Both the position numbers and the translations under genes were made by a program. DNA of 64,000 nucleotides from NCBI GenBank assembly GCA_963750165.1, contig CAVVPN010000011.1, positions 1,312,001 to 1,376,000 on the forward strand, in the 5' to 3' direction. Source of the stretch: an uncultured Gemmataceae bacterium. Lineage in GTDB: Bacteria; Planctomycetota; Planctomycetia; Gemmatales; Gemmataceae. Positions 49,834-61,045 of the stretch are shown one piece after another (the stretch's first letter is position 1; the number at the start of each line of letters is the position of its first letter). The notes beneath the pieces were generated by a model that saw only the letters and a program-made list of their open reading frames with translations, did no database searches and was not told the origin of the DNA.

Positions 49834-52114
49834 TCACTCCAGCGTCAGGTACGTGAACACATTGCCGAGGATCTTCCGGGCCGACTCCGGCTTGTAGGCC
49901 AGGGCGCGGTAGTTGGCGATGCCCGCCCCCGCGGCCACGATGTCGTATTCGGAGAAGAGGACCGCTGGCCGACCCTTCACCAAAGCGATCAGGATCTTCT
50001 GTTTGACCGACTTCTCGCCTTTGGCGCGAAGCGCCTGGCGGGCCGCCAGCGTGTAGCCGACGCCGACGTTCAAATCCTGGCCGTTCTCGAATCGGCCCTC
50101 CGCGAGGACCGGTTCCTTCGCCAGGGGCTGCAACGGACCGAAGAGACCCTCCAGCTGCTTGCGCCGACCGGGCGAACGCCAGCGAGCCGGCGTGGGCATC
50201 GACCAGCACGGTACCGCCGCCCTGCACGAACTCCTTGAGGGCTGCCAGTTCCGCCTTGGTCAGCGCCAGGGCACTCCGCCCGGTCAGGTGCAACAGGTTC
50301 ACGTCCTTCAGCACGTCCTTGCCGAGGACGACAGGCTCAGCCTGCTTGAACGTCCGGCCCGTCAGATGCTTGCCGAGGGGGCCGAGCTTGTCCCAGGCCC
50401 GGCCGGCCGCCTCCCAGTCGCGCGTGCCGCCGTGGCGCACCCGGGCGAACGTGAGCGTCCCGGGCTTCGCCTTGGCCGCGGCCCTGTCCGGCAGGATCGT
50501 CGCAAACTTGCCCTCCAGTTCGCCGAGGTCCGTCGCGTAGAACAGCAGGTTCATCGCGAATGGGAAGGCGTCGCTTTCCTCGCGGTTGCCCTGCCAGTCG
50601 CCCGACAGGTACGCATCGGACAGCAGGAAGAACGTCCGCGAGCCGTTGCTGGCGCCGCGCAGTTTCGGCCGCTTCTTCCACTCGTGCTTGACGACCGTGA
50701 AGATCGGGTGATTGGCCGCGAGTGGTTCGAGCTTGACGTTCGGGTAGTCCCTCGGCGGGTACATGTCCTGGAGCAGTCGTGCCATCGACTCGGCGAACGG
50801 TTTGCTATGGTCGCTCGGCTCGGCCAGGATGGTGCCGCCGCGTTCGATGTACTCGCGCAACTTCAGTGCCTCGGCCGCGGTGTACTCCCACTTCTCCGAG
50901 CCGGAGATGAACAGGATCGGCGCCTCGAATTCCGCAGCCGGGCTGTTGATCGAGACGGTCTGCCAGTTGATCGGTCGTTCGTAGGCGGTCCACAGGGCCT
51001 TGCTCAGGTTGGCCAGGTCGCGCGGATTGAGGTTCCAGTCGGAGCCCTTGCCGTATTGCAGCTTGTTCACCGCCACCGGGGCGCCGCCGTAGACGAGGAA
51101 CAGGGTACAGAAGCAGGTGCCACCCACGGGGCCGCCCCACTGGCCGAGCGGGATGGAGCCGTCGCGCTGCTGGGCCTGCAAGGCCGCCAGCGCGCCCTCG
51201 GCGAACCAGTCCGTGCCGCCAATGAGGCGCAGGCCGCTGGCCACGCCGGTTCGCTCGATGCCGTACAGGTAGTAGCCGTCGTTCTTGCCGCCCTTGTGCT
51301 TGCCAAGCCAGTCCATGCCGCGCTCCAGCGACTTGAGGACCGCCGCCGCGTCCCCCTCGGTGAAGGTGCGCGGGTTGGCCCGGCTATACGGCTTCTTGCC
51401 GTGGTGCATGTCGAAGACGAGGAACAGACTGGCCAGCCCGGCCGTCGCCATGGCTGGAGTCGAGGGGCCGGTGATGTAGCTCCAGCCACCGTCTTGCCCC
51501 TGCGTGTCGCGGAAGTGCTTCGAGAGCCCGGTCCAGAACTTGTCGCCCGGATCGTGACCGGCCCGCGTCGCCGCCCAGACGCCGAGGACGCCGTACTGCG
51601 TGCAGGAATTGTCCCAGTCGCGCGACTCCATGGTGTAGCGCCAGCCCTGCCGGTCGCCCTTGGCGGCCATGAGCCACTGGAAGTCTTCCTTCAACAGGGC
51701 CTTCAGTTTGGCGTCGTCGGGGAGTTTGCGGAGGGCGTATTCCCAGACGTTGGCGCGGACGCCGCGGAGGTAGGTGTTGTTCGGCTTCTGCTTGCCGAGC
51801 CAGTCGAGCATCTTCTTCAGGCCATCGTCGGCGGCCGGATCGGCCCCGGCGGCGAGCAAGGTCAGGGCGGTCAGGCTGGTCGAGCCCTCGTCGCCGTTGA
51901 CGCTGCCGTCGGCCCGCTGCTGGGTGCGCAGGTAGTAGACGGCGTCGTCGATGGCGGTGCGAATCTTGGCCGCGGTGATCGGCGGCGTGAACGGCTCGTG
52001 GATGGCCCCGCCGCGGGGGGCACCCTTCTGGATGAATCGGGCCGCCGGTTCCTGGGCGCTGACGCTACCACAGACGGTGAGCGCGACCAGGGAGAGCGTG
52101 AGTATACGTGTCAT
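49834..52114 (-). CDS. DUF4159 domain protein with prenyltransferase/squalene-oxidase-like repeats, frameshift near 50160
   Basis: QRADGS, DNSCTQYGVLG, YYLYGIER; two LREYIERGGT / LKEFVQGGGT DUF4159-like units. Confidence 0.8.
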
Positions 52115-52145
52115 GGGATCGTCACCACTCTTTCTTCGATAGCAG

Positions 52146-52250
52146 TCCGAGCCGCGCACGCAGCGCAGCGGAGTAAGTCACCAACGTCTCCCACGGAGAT
52201 ACCAGCGGGCGGCCGCTTACTCCGCGAATACGCTCCGTGCGCGGCTCGGA
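52146..52250. repeat. REP-like palindrome
   Basis: TCCGAGCCGCGCACG..GCGGAGTAAG ... CTTACTCCGC..CGTGCGCGGCTCGGA. Confidence 0.7.
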
Positions 52251-52287
52251 GGTGCTCCTTGCTTCCGAATGCGCCTGGCGCTCCGAA

Positions 52288-54327
52288 TCACTTCGCCGCG
52301 GCCGACAGCTGCCAGCGCTCGTCGAAGAAACCGGCCGTCACGACGCCACCCGGGTAGCGCGAACTGACCGGCACGCTCACGTCGATGACCGCCCAGTCCG
52401 GCAACCGTGGACACTGGCGGGCGTTGTTGAGGTAGTCGTACTCGCGGAAGGTGAAGCCGCTGTTGAGCACGACGTACTTCTTCGGGTTGCGCGGGTTCGG
52501 GTAGATCAGCACCGGTACGTGGTTCCCGCCCGCGAACGTTTTGGGGCCGACCGCGACCCCGTTGATGTCCCACTTGATTGGCAGTTCGTCGGCGATGCGG
52601 TCCAGCACCTTGTTGCTCGCCGGATCGCCCCACAGCACCAAGTTGCTCGACGCGATGTCCTCGCGCGTGACGGCCGTGTCGTCCTTGACCAGCACTTCAC
52701 CGCGGAACTGCCGCCGCCAGTGGTCGATGGCGTGGGCCATCTCGGCGGCGGCCCATTTGGCCGTCCTGTCGTTGAGCGGCTTGCCGGTCGGCCGCACCAT
52801 GATGAAGCGGTCGAGGAAGGCGTCGTCGATTGGGCCTTGCAGGCCGTGCCGCTTGGCGAGCGTGCCATCATCGACCTTCGGGACCACCCGCCAGTTACCG
52901 TCCACCTTGCGGAGGTGGACGGTCCACGAACGATCCTTTTGCACGGGCGGCAGCTTGACCACCTTGCCGTTGATGAGGGCGCCGGTGTCGTCCTTCAGCG
53001 GACAGGTGCCCGGCGGCATGTCCAGCGTCAGGGCGGTCACGTTGAAGGTGTCGATTGTCACCGGGGCCGCCCGACCCGTGGCGGCGGTTTTGGTCTCGGG
53101 CGCCAGCACGACACTCACGCGGGCGCCGACCCAGTGGTGCTCCAGGCCGTCCAGCCGCAGGTAATGACTGCGGTTGTAGCGCAACGTGAAGGTGGTGAAG
53201 CGGAGCTTCCGCGGCGCTGGGTCGCGGCCCTTCGCGGCGAGGGCGTCAATCTGTTTGTTGATCTCGGCCCTGGCCTCGGGATGATACTTGTGTCCCGTCT
53301 TGGGGCCGATGATGTGCGTGAGTTCCATGCCCTCCTTCTTCAGCGCGCGGGCCATCACGTCCGCGGCCTGCTTCTGGCTGTCGATCTCGCCGCTGTACGC
53401 GACCGTCGGGCAGTTGTAGAGGTTGAGCGCATAGTCCGTGGCGTTGTACAGGGACCACAGTTTCTGCTCGTACCACGTCGGCGCCAGCTTCTCCTTCTGG
53501 AAAACTTTCAGGAACTCCGGCGTTTCCGAGAAGCCGGCGCCCGGCGCCGCCGCGGCCCACATGCCGGGGTGGTGCGTCGCGAACTGCCAGCAGGCGGCGC
53601 CGCCCATCGAGAAGCCGCGGATCACCAGGCGGTTCTCGTCGATGGGGTAATGCTTGCGCACGCTCTCGTACGCCTCGAACAGATCGACCTCGCCAGCGAA
53701 GCGGTTGGCGTTGCAGTAGCGCCCATACAGATGCAGCACGATTGTGTTTGGCGGCGTGAATTCGCCTGCGTTTTTGAGGCGCTGGTTGACGAAGCTCAAC
53801 TCCGTCAACTTTTCGCCGCGGCCGTGGCACCAGAAATCGAGGCGAAACTTGTGCGGCGTGTCCGGCCTGTACGACGGCGGCACCACGAGTCCATAGGGCT
53901 GCACGCTGCCGTCGATCTTCGAGACGTAGCCGCGCGGCACCAGGCCGGTCGCGGTGGTCCACGCCGGCTTGCCCGCCCGCAGTTGTTTCGCCCGCTCGAA
54001 GCCGCGCTGCAACAGCGTCCGGGCGATGGCCACTTCTTTCTTGTCGTAAAACTCGTCGTACTTCAGCGCATAGTGAACGGCGTTGTAGAAAATCTGCACA
54101 TCCGGCAACAGATCCACGTTGGGCCTGCCGTTCAGGGCCTTGCGCAGGTCTGCGACCTCGGCGGCGAGGCGGGCGGTGTCGCGCTCCAGGTCGGCGCGGT
54201 CGGTGTCGGCGATCTTGACGCCTGGCGGCGGGACACGGCGAACCTTGTCGGGCAGGTTGTCCTGCGGGCCGTCCGCGCTGGCGGGCAGCGTCAGGCACAG
54301 CAACAGCAAGGGTAGACAGTAGCGCAT
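52288..54327 (-). CDS. Secreted prolyl oligopeptidase-family serine hydrolase
   Basis: Signal peptide, SKIDGSVQPY, CHGRG, nucleophile motif GFSMGG. Confidence 0.85.
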   Translation of the reverse strand: MRYCLPLLLLCLTLPASADGPQDNLPDKVRRVPPPGVKIADTDRADLERDTARLAAEVADLRKALNGRPNVDLLPDVQIFYNAVHYALKYDEFYDKKEVAIARTLLQRGFERAKQLRAGKPAWTTATGLVPRGYVSKIDGSVQPYGLVVPPSYRPDTPHKFRLDFWCHGRGEKLTELSFVNQRLKNAGEFTPPNTIVLHLYGRYCNANRFAGEVDLFEAYESVRKHYPIDENRLVIRGFSMGGAACWQFATHHPGMWAAAAPGAGFSETPEFLKVFQKEKLAPTWYEQKLWSLYNATDYALNLYNCPTVAYSGEIDSQKQAADVMARALKKEGMELTHIIGPKTGHKYHPEARAEINKQIDALAAKGRDPAPRKLRFTTFTLRYNRSHYLRLDGLEHHWVGARVSVVLAPETKTAATGRAAPVTIDTFNVTALTLDMPPGTCPLKDDTGALINGKVVKLPPVQKDRSWTVHLRKVDGNWRVVPKVDDGTLAKRHGLQGPIDDAFLDRFIMVRPTGKPLNDRTAKWAAAEMAHAIDHWRRQFRGEVLVKDDTAVTREDIASSNLVLWGDPASNKVLDRIADELPIKWDINGVAVGPKTFAGGNHVPVLIYPNPRNPKKYVVLNSGFTFREYDYLNNARQCPRLPDWAVIDVSVPVSSRYPGGVVTAGFFDERWQLSAAAK

Positions 54328-54508
54328 ACTCAACCTCGGTGCGGGCGATGGTGCGGGACTCGGGGGCGTGCTGGGCATTGTGCCAGGGCGAATCGGGGGA
54401 AGCAAGTTTTTGCCTCCGGCCCGGGCATGACGTATTTTTCTTCAGCGGACTCGACAATCACAATGCGCCACCCGGCGCAGGTCTCCCAGTATTGAACGGT
54501 AACGCTGC

Positions 54509-54865
54509 ATGTCGCCGAACAGCCTCCGAAGGAACCGTCGCCTGCACTCCCGGCGGCCACCCCGTCGCAGCGTCCGGGTCATCTGTCGCAAGGGCGGTCT
54601 GGACCTGGGCACGAACCTGGCGGCCGCCGTCGTGGACATCTCGGAGGCGGGCGCCTGCGTGCTCCTGTCGGCCGAACTACCGCCCCGCCAGGAGGTGCTG
54701 GTGACCCTGGAGGGGATCGACCACCGCCGGCCGTTCCGCCTGCTGGCGCATGTCGTCTGGTGCCAACCCCACAGCGGGCAGTGGGCGACCGGCCTGCAGT
54801 TCCAGCGGCGGCTGCCCTTCCGCGAATTCCTCAAACTTTGTCAGGGCGCCTGTTCGCTACGCTGA
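54509..54865 (+). CDS. PilZ domain protein
   Basis: RRLHSR and DISEAGA motifs; GLQF. Confidence 0.85.
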   Translation: MSPNSLRRNRRLHSRRPPRRSVRVICRKGGLDLGTNLAAAVVDISEAGACVLLSAELPPRQEVLVTLEGIDHRRPFRLLAHVVWCQPHSGQWATGLQFQRRLPFREFLKLCQGACSLR

Positions 54866-54936
54866 CCGGGCGTGACCTACGCCTGTTGCCGGACATAGGG
54901 TTTTGCCCGCGGTTCGGCAACCGGGGCGCCTCTTTC

Positions 54937-54992
54937 GTGGGGCAGGCTTTCCAGCCTACCAGGGGACCGGCAGGGTGGAAAGCCTGCCTCAC
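54937..54992. repeat. REP doublet
   Basis: GTGGGGCAGGCTTTCCAGCCT...GGCAGGGTGGAAAGCCTGCCTCAC. Confidence 0.7.
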
Positions 54993-55096
54993 GAAAGAAA
55001 ATTCGCACTTCCTTGTCGCAGCGCCTTGGCCGGGCCGGTACAATCCGAATAAGGATGGCCCCCCCGCCGTCTGTTTAGTGGAGTGAACGCTGCACC

Positions 55097-55690
55097 ATGG
55101 TTGTCGCATTTGCCACCTCCCCTGCGCCGCCCAGCGACGAGCAGTTGCTGGCTCGCCACACCCAGGGCGACCGCGGAGCGCTCGAAGAGTTGTTCCGGCG
55201 CTACCGCCTGCTGGCGTACCGCGTGGCGCACCGCCTGCTCGGCAACGAGGCCGACGCCCTCGACGCTGTGCAGGAGGGTTTCGTCAAGGCGCTGCTGCAC
55301 CTGACCGGCTTCGAGGGCCGCAGTTCGTTCAAGACGTGGCTGCTGCGCGTGGTCAGCAACGCCGCGCTCGACCTGGGCCGGCAGCGCGGTCGTCGCGAAA
55401 CGCTCAGCCTGGACGTGTTCGGGCCAGGCGACCGCGAGCGCATCGATCCGCTGCTGCTGGACGACCCGGCCCGCGGCATGGATCGGGCGGACCTGCGGCA
55501 CCTGCTCGACCGGGCGCTGGCCACCCTTCCGGAAGCGCAGCGGCGCACGTTCGTGCTGCACGCCGACGCCGAGTTGAGCTATCGCGAAGTGGCCGAGGTG
55601 CTGGGCATTTCCATTGGCACCGTCATGAGTCGGCTGTATTACGCTCGCCAGAAGTTGCGGGCGGTCCTGTCGCAGTGGATCAAGCTATGA
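55097..55690 (+). CDS. ECF RNA polymerase sigma factor
   Basis: DAVQEGF, SSFKTWL, LSYREVAEVLGISIGTVMSRL. Confidence 0.95.
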   Translation: MVVAFATSPAPPSDEQLLARHTQGDRGALEELFRRYRLLAYRVAHRLLGNEADALDAVQEGFVKALLHLTGFEGRSSFKTWLLRVVSNAALDLGRQRGRRETLSLDVFGPGDRERIDPLLLDDPARGMDRADLRHLLDRALATLPEAQRRTFVLHADAELSYREVAEVLGISIGTVMSRLYYARQKLRAVLSQWIKL

Positions 55691-56379
55691 TATCGCCACA
55701 TGAGGATCGGGGCCCGGACGCCCTGCACATCGCCGCCTTCCTGGACGGCGAATTCGACGATCAACCGCAGCTGGCGGACCTGGGGCGCCGGATTCGGGAA
55801 TGGCTGCTGGACCACCCCGAAGCCGGGGCCGCCGCGCTGGCACAGCGCCGGCTGGCCCGGTTGATGGCCGCGACCGCCGCGCCGGAGCCGTCGGAGGCCG
55901 CCTGGGACTGTATCCTGGCCCGGCTGGAGCAGGCGCCGGCCCCGGCCAGCCCGGCCCGCGCAGTCACGCGGCGCTGGCGGCCGACCTCCGTGGCGGCGGT
56001 CCTGCTGTCCGCGGCCGCGGCCGTGTGGGTGGTACTGGCCCTGGGGCACCGGTCCCCGCCCGCCGTGGTCCGCCCTCAACCGGACGCGCCGGCGGTAGCG
56101 GTCAAGCAGGCGCCTGAGCCCAGACCCGCGGCCGCGCCGAAACCGCAGGAAGTGGAAGTGTTCCCGGTGGCGACGGCGGACGAAATCGAAATCCTGCGCA
56201 TTGGCGGCGCGGACACGCGGACGGTGGCGGTGACGGGCATGCCGACGCTGGGACCGCTGGAACTGGCCCGACCGGGCGAGATCGTCCTGACGCGGGCCGA
56301 GTCGGAGGTGCGCGTGGACGGGTCCGGGCCGCCCGTGTTCTGGATGCGGCAAACGGAAGAAATTGAAGACCCCAACTGA
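55687..56379 (+). CDS. Putative anti-sigma factor (single TM)
   Basis: ATGA overlap with the sigma gene; AAFLDGE N-terminus; central TM segment. Confidence 0.75.
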   Translation: MISPHEDRGPDALHIAAFLDGEFDDQPQLADLGRRIREWLLDHPEAGAAALAQRRLARLMAATAAPEPSEAAWDCILARLEQAPAPASPARAVTRRWRPTSVAAVLLSAAAAVWVVLALGHRSPPAVVRPQPDAPAVAVKQAPEPRPAAAPKPQEVEVFPVATADEIEILRIGGADTRTVAVTGMPTLGPLELARPGEIVLTRAESEVRVDGSGPPVFWMRQTEEIEDPN

Positions 56380-56419
56380 CCTGGGATAAGGGGCCGCAAG
56401 ACGCGCAACGCGCGGGGGG

Positions 56420-57002
56420 ATGTCTGTGGGTGCAGTTGTGCTGCTGCAGCAGTTCGTTGGTTTGGCCGCCGTGCTGGGGGCTCTGTGCCAGGGGCCTGCC
56501 CCGGCCGGCGCAGAAGAAGGTCAAGGTCACCGTCGTCGTCATTCTGGCCAACGACTACTGGGACGTGATCGATCCGCGGTTGAAGGCCATCGCCAAGGAG
56601 GTGCAGAAGACCGAGCCGACGCTGCGCGGCTTCACCCTGGTGTCCATCGATTCACAGTCGCTGGCCGTCAACGAGAAGGTCAACATTCCGCTGGTCGAGA
56701 ACGCCACCATTCAGGTGGTTATCAACAAGCCGGCTGACAAGGACAACAAGGTCTGCCTGAGCATCACGCCGCCCTGGCAGAAGGAAATTGTCTACCGCAG
56801 CATCTGCGGCAAGTTCCTGCCGCTCATCACCCGCTACGACACCGAACCGACCATCCCACCGCCGGACGTGGTGCGCGCCCTCGCCCTCGTCCAGTCGCGC
56901 CAGAGCGGCGGTGTCCTGGCGGCCGGCAACCTGCTCCTGCACTCGCGCAGCCGCCAGCGCCTCATCCTGGCGATCCGCGTGCAGCCGTGCAATGGCCACT
57001 GA
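56420..57002 (+). CDS. Secreted hypothetical protein, probable frameshift near 56500
   Basis: A signal-like start at 56420 continues as KVKVTVVVILA...GKFLPLITRY in the 56430 frame. Confidence 0.6.
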
Positions 57003-60000
57003 GCCGGCGGCCCGCGGCAGTTCCGCCCGGCCGAACTGGATCGCGCGGAGGTCGTCACCCAGGAAGGCCCCGGTCTTGCGGTAGTAAATGAACCGCCGCC
57101 CCTGGACCAGTTTGGCCGGCAGCCCGGGACGCTCGCGCCGGTAGAGCTTCACGGTGTTGCCGGGGTCGGCGACCAGTGTCACCCGGTCTTCCTTCTCGTC
57201 GTAATAGAGCGTGTCCGTGTTGCCAAAGAAGTCGTCCATCTTGAACGTCACGTTCTTCTTCGCCATCATTTCCTGGTTGTTCTTGCCCTTCTCGCCGGGG
57301 CGGGTCAGCACCTCCAGGTAGCCGCTGCGGATGTACATGCTACCCTTGGGCAACCGATCCGGTTCCAGCCCCCAGTCCATCGCCTCGAAGCGCTCCTCCT
57401 TCTTGACCGGCACGTGGAACACCCGGACATCGCCCCAGAATCTGGTCACCCGCGGATCGCTCTTGTTGTTGGAAAACATCAAATCCTCGAAGGTGACGTG
57501 GGTCAGCTTCCACTCCTCCTCGGCCTTCTTCGGCGGCGGTGCCGGCTTGCCGGCGGCGGACCTGGGGGCGGCGTCGGCATCATCGCCCTTGTTCAGCTTG
57601 ATCTGGATCACCCGGCCCGGCCCGGGGACGCGAACGACCCCCTCCTTGTTGTCCGAATCGATCTGGTGGCCGAGGACGCGGCTCGTCTGGACCATCTCTT
57701 TCTGACCGTCAGGCCCTTCCTTGTCGTAGACCACGTCCACCACATAGGCGGAGCCGTTGGCCACCATCTTCTCGGCCTTGGCACCCTCGCCGCCCTTCTG
57801 GCCCTCCTTGAAGGCGATGAACTTGTCCAGCTTCACCTGCAGCGTCTTGCAGCGCAGCGACGAGTCGTCCTGGTTGGCGACGACGGCACCGGTGTAGTCG
57901 GCGTCCTGGCCGTTGAAGAGCATGTCGCGGGTCCAGTGGACCACCAGCCGGGCGCCCGGCCGGGCCGGCTTGCCGCCCTCGATGCTGGTGTTGCTCGGCA
58001 GCGACATCGCTCCGGGGCCCTGCACGTAGGCGGTGTTCTTGACCTGGTCGATCTCCACCTTCGGCCCTTCCAGGTACAAATCGTTCAACTGCAACTGCGC
58101 GGGGCCGTTCGTGTCGCCGAACACCTTCAACACGTCGCCGCCGACCTGGCGGTTCACAGTCAGGATTTCCCCCTTGATGTCCACGCCCTTTTCCTTCGCC
58201 GGCTTGCCTTCTTTATCCAGGACGACGCGGCCGTCCTTGTCCTGGATCACCTTGCCTTCCTGCCGCACACGCACGGTCCCCTCGGCGACCATCTCGCGCA
58301 GCTCGTTCTTTGGGCCGAGCCGGGTGACGTAGCTGGTGACATCGCGGGCCCAGAGGTGAATGGGCTTCTTCTCCTCGGGCTTGGCCTGTGCTGGGGGCCC
58401 GGTGTCCTTGGGGCTGGAGCCGGCGACGACGGGCGCACCCGGCACGGGCGGGACCGGCGCTCCGAACTGGGGCGCCGGGGCCACGGGCGGCGGCCCCAGG
58501 CCGTTGGCCACGTTCGCCGGCACCGGCAGTTCCGCCGGCAGCGGCACAATGCCGTCCTCGAACATGATGGTCAGGATGCGGCACCAGTGGATAATCAACT
58601 CCGGTGATTTGGCCCGGACCTCATCGACCGCCTCGACCTTCCACGGCCGCTGCCGCGGCGCCGTGGACGCGGTTTGTTTCTGGTCCGAGTCGTTGGCCGG
58701 GGTGCCCTTGTCGGCCGGCTCCAGCCACACCTTGAGCCGCTGACCGTGCAGTTCCTGGGCGTGCTCGTCGTCAATGAACGAGGCGTCCCGTGTCAGCGTC
58801 AGCAGGTCGTAAACCTGGTTGCCCTGCTTGTCCTTGGTGAAGACCAGCAGGTCCTTCCACAGGGCGTGGACCGGGTGCGTGTTTTTGAGGTTGTTGCGGT
58901 CGAACAGGTCCACCTGCCCGGGGCCGGTGGCCGTCATGTACTGGCCGTTGCCGTCCTTGTCGGCGCCGAGAAGAAACAGTTCCTTGGCGAAGATTTTGTG
59001 GGCGTCCTTGACGGCGACCACCTCCTTGCCGGTGAGCCGGACCCGGGGGCCGCGTGTCGGCGTCGGCGAGTCGTAGAACAGTTCGGTGCAGAAGGCGTGC
59101 AGGTTCTCCGAGTCGATGGACAGCGTGACCTGCTCGTCCAGGGGCCGCTCCGGCCGCCCCTGGGCGTAGGCGCTGTCGATCTCGCGGTCGCCGGCGCCCT
59201 TGTCGGGCGCGGCACCGGCTGTCGGAGCGGACGGTTTGCGGCGGAAATTGAGCCGCAGGAAATCGCAGTAGAGCTGATCGACGAGCTTGCCGGCCTCGTC
59301 GGCGGGCGCGAGCGGCTCGCGGACGACGTGGACCTGGTCGCAGAGCTTGGGGCCCTCGACACACTCGAAGGTGGCCACGTCGCGGACCAGATCGAAGATG
59401 AACTTGCCCGGCGACGTGATGTGGACGCGAACTTTTTCCTTTTTTTTTGGCGTGGGGCTGGCGGCGGGCTGCGGCTGGCCGGCGGCCGGGCCGGAGGGCG
59501 GCGGGTCGCAGGGCCGGGCCGGCTCGCGGGGGCTACCCAGCAGGCTGTTGTCGCTGTCCGGGTACAGGCACATCTGGACCCCCTCGTGCAGGATCACCTG
59601 ATCGACGCCGCTGGCATCCCGGTTGCGCGGTTTGGCCGCGTCGGAGCTGCCCTTGTCGGCCTTTTTGGCCGGGCCGCTGTCCTGGGCCAGCAGCAGGTCC
59701 ATGCCCGTGCCGATGACGGTGGTGGGGTGCGGCTGCGACTGAAAATCCCACAGTTTCACGATCCCCAGCGTCCAGATTTTGTTCTTGGCCTCGTCGTAGT
59801 ACAGCGGCGTTTCCTTCTCGTCGATGCGGATTTCGAGGTCGTCGTTCTTCGAGCTGGTGTGCCGGTTGTTGACGATGTGGATCTTGCCGACCAGTTCCCC
59901 GGCGACGATTTTCCGGCTGCTGATCTCCGTCAGATTGGCGACCGGCTGATCGAAGGTCAGGTAGGCGAAATCGCTCTCAATGGTGTTGATTTCCGGGAGC

Positions 60001-60359
60001 GGCTGGTCCTTGCGCGGTTCGGCGAACATGGCGACGCTGAAGGGCGTCAGTTTGAGGCGGCCGTCGGGCTCGGTGTTAAAGGTCTCGAAGGCCAGGACGA
60101 GGCGTTTTTTGCGGTTTTCCAGGCGGTAAGGCTTGTGGACCTGATGGCACTCCTGCCCGAAGGCCAGGCGCAGCTTGCGATCGACCTCGCTCTCGGCGGG
60201 GCGGGGCGGCAGCGGCGGTGGATCGTCGGTGTAGGCGTAGCCGGGCGGCAAGGGCGGCAATCCGTCGATGCCGCCGAGGAAGACGGCGTACACGATGTAG
60301 CAACCCAGGAACAGGGTGAAGCCGAGCACGAGTAACAGGATGCGCTTGGGAGTCCACAC
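56652..60359 (-). CDS. Very large membrane-anchored periplasmic protein, LptC/LptA(OstA)-like; 3' end uncertain
   Basis: GTG start VWTPKRILL plus TM; many beta-strand units (AEGTVRVRQ, ANGSAYVV, DTLYYD); directly follows kdsD-kdsC. Confidence 0.6.
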   Translation of the reverse strand: MWTPKRILLLVLGFTLFLGCYIVYAVFLGGIDGLPPLPPGYAYTDDPPPLPPRPAESEVDRKLRLAFGQECHQVHKPYRLENRKKRLVLAFETFNTEPDGRLKLTPFSVAMFAEPRKDQPLPEINTIESDFAYLTFDQPVANLTEISSRKIVAGELVGKIHIVNNRHTSSKNDDLEIRIDEKETPLYYDEAKNKIWTLGIVKLWDFQSQPHPTTVIGTGMDLLLAQDSGPAKKADKGSSDAAKPRNRDASGVDQVILHEGVQMCLYPDSDNSLLGSPREPARPCDPPPSGPAAGQPQPAASPTPKKKEKVRVHITSPGKFIFDLVRDVATFECVEGPKLCDQVHVVREPLAPADEAGKLVDQLYCDFLRLNFRRKPSAPTAGAAPDKGAGDREIDSAYAQGRPERPLDEQVTLSIDSENLHAFCTELFYDSPTPTRGPRVRLTGKEVVAVKDAHKIFAKELFLLGADKDGNGQYMTATGPGQVDLFDRNNLKNTHPVHALWKDLLVFTKDKQGNQVYDLLTLTRDASFIDDEHAQELHGQRLKVWLEPADKGTPANDSDQKQTASTAPRQRPWKVEAVDEVRAKSPELIIHWCRILTIMFEDGIVPLPAELPVPANVANGLGPPPVAPAPQFGAPVPPVPGAPVVAGSSPKDTGPPAQAKPEEKKPIHLWARDVTSYVTRLGPKNELREMVAEGTVRVRQEGKVIQDKDGRVVLDKEGKPAKEKGVDIKGEILTVNRQVGGDVLKVFGDTNGPAQLQLNDLYLEGPKVEIDQVKNTAYVQGPGAMSLPSNTSIEGGKPARPGARLVVHWTRDMLFNGQDADYTGAVVANQDDSSLRCKTLQVKLDKFIAFKEGQKGGEGAKAEKMVANGSAYVVDVVYDKEGPDGQKEMVQTSRVLGHQIDSDNKEGVVRVPGPGRVIQIKLNKGDDADAAPRSAAGKPAPPPKKAEEEWKLTHVTFEDLMFSNNKSDPRVTRFWGDVRVFHVPVKKEERFEAMDWGLEPDRLPKGSMYIRSGYLEVLTRPGEKGKNNQEMMAKKNVTFKMDDFFGNTDTLYYDEKEDRVTLVADPGNTVKLYRRERPGLPAKLVQGRRFIYYRKTGAFLGDDLRAIQFGRAELPRAAGSVAIARLHADRQDEALAAARVQEQVAGRQDTAALARLDEGEGAHHVRRWDGRFGVVAGDERQELAADAAVDNFLLPGRRDAQADLVVLVSRLVDNHLNGGVLDQRNVDLLVDGQRL

Positions 60360-60378
60360 GGCTTGCTCCTCGGGGTTC

Positions 60379-60927
60379 CTAGAGCCGTTCGCTGCGGTAG
60401 GCCGCCACCAACCGCTGCCAGTGGCCCTGGCACTGCAACACCAGTTCGATGACCTCGCGCACCGCGCCGCCACCGCCGGGGCGCTGCGTGACGTAGTGGG
60501 CCTCGGCGCGGGCCTCGGTACAGGCGTCCGCCACGGCCGCAGCCAGTCCCACATGCCGCAGCACCGGTACGTCCGGCAGGTCATCGCCGACGTAGGCGGT
60601 CTGCTCGGGGGTGCAGCCGGTCGCCGCCAGCACCTGACGGAAGCCGGCCAGCTTGTCGGCGGCGCCCTGCACCACCGGGTCGATGCCCAACTCGGCGGCG
60701 CGCACGTCCACAACCTTCGAGCGGCGGCCGGTGACGATGGCCGCTCGCTTGCCCGCCTTGCGCCACAGTGCCAGCCCGGAGCCGTCGCGCACGTGGAAGC
60801 GCTTGACCTCGGTGTCGTTATCGACGTAGAGAATGCCGCCGTCGGTCAGCACGCCGTCCACGTCCAGCACCAGCAACTCGACGCGCTCGCAGCGCTCCTG
60901 CAACGTCGGCGGCGGGGCTTCGCTCAT
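60379..60927 (-). CDS. kdsC: KDO 8-phosphate phosphatase (HAD)
   Basis: LDVDGVLTDG, FHVRDG, YVGDDLPD, GGGAVRE. Confidence 0.95.
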   Translation of the reverse strand: MSEAPPPTLQERCERVELLVLDVDGVLTDGGILYVDNDTEVKRFHVRDGSGLALWRKAGKRAAIVTGRRSKVVDVRAAELGIDPVVQGAADKLAGFRQVLAATGCTPEQTAYVGDDLPDVPVLRHVGLAAAVADACTEARAEAHYVTQRPGGGGAVREVIELVLQCQGHWQRLVAAYRSERL

Positions 60928-60962
60928 GGACCCCCTCCTTTCTGTGCCGGGAGGGTCGCAGA

Positions 60963-61036
60963 GCGCTAAGCCGCAAGCGGCAGAAAACCAGCGCGTCCGC
61001 GCTCCAGCCCGTCTTTCTGCCGCTTGCGGCCTAGCG
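60963..61036. repeat. REP-like palindrome (GCCGCAAGCGGCAGAA family)
   Basis: GCGCTAAGCCGCAAGCGGCAGAAA...TTTCTGCCGCTTGCGGCCTAGCGC; same arms in opposite order at 62520-62593. Confidence 0.75.
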
Positions 61037-61045
61037 CGCTTGCAA

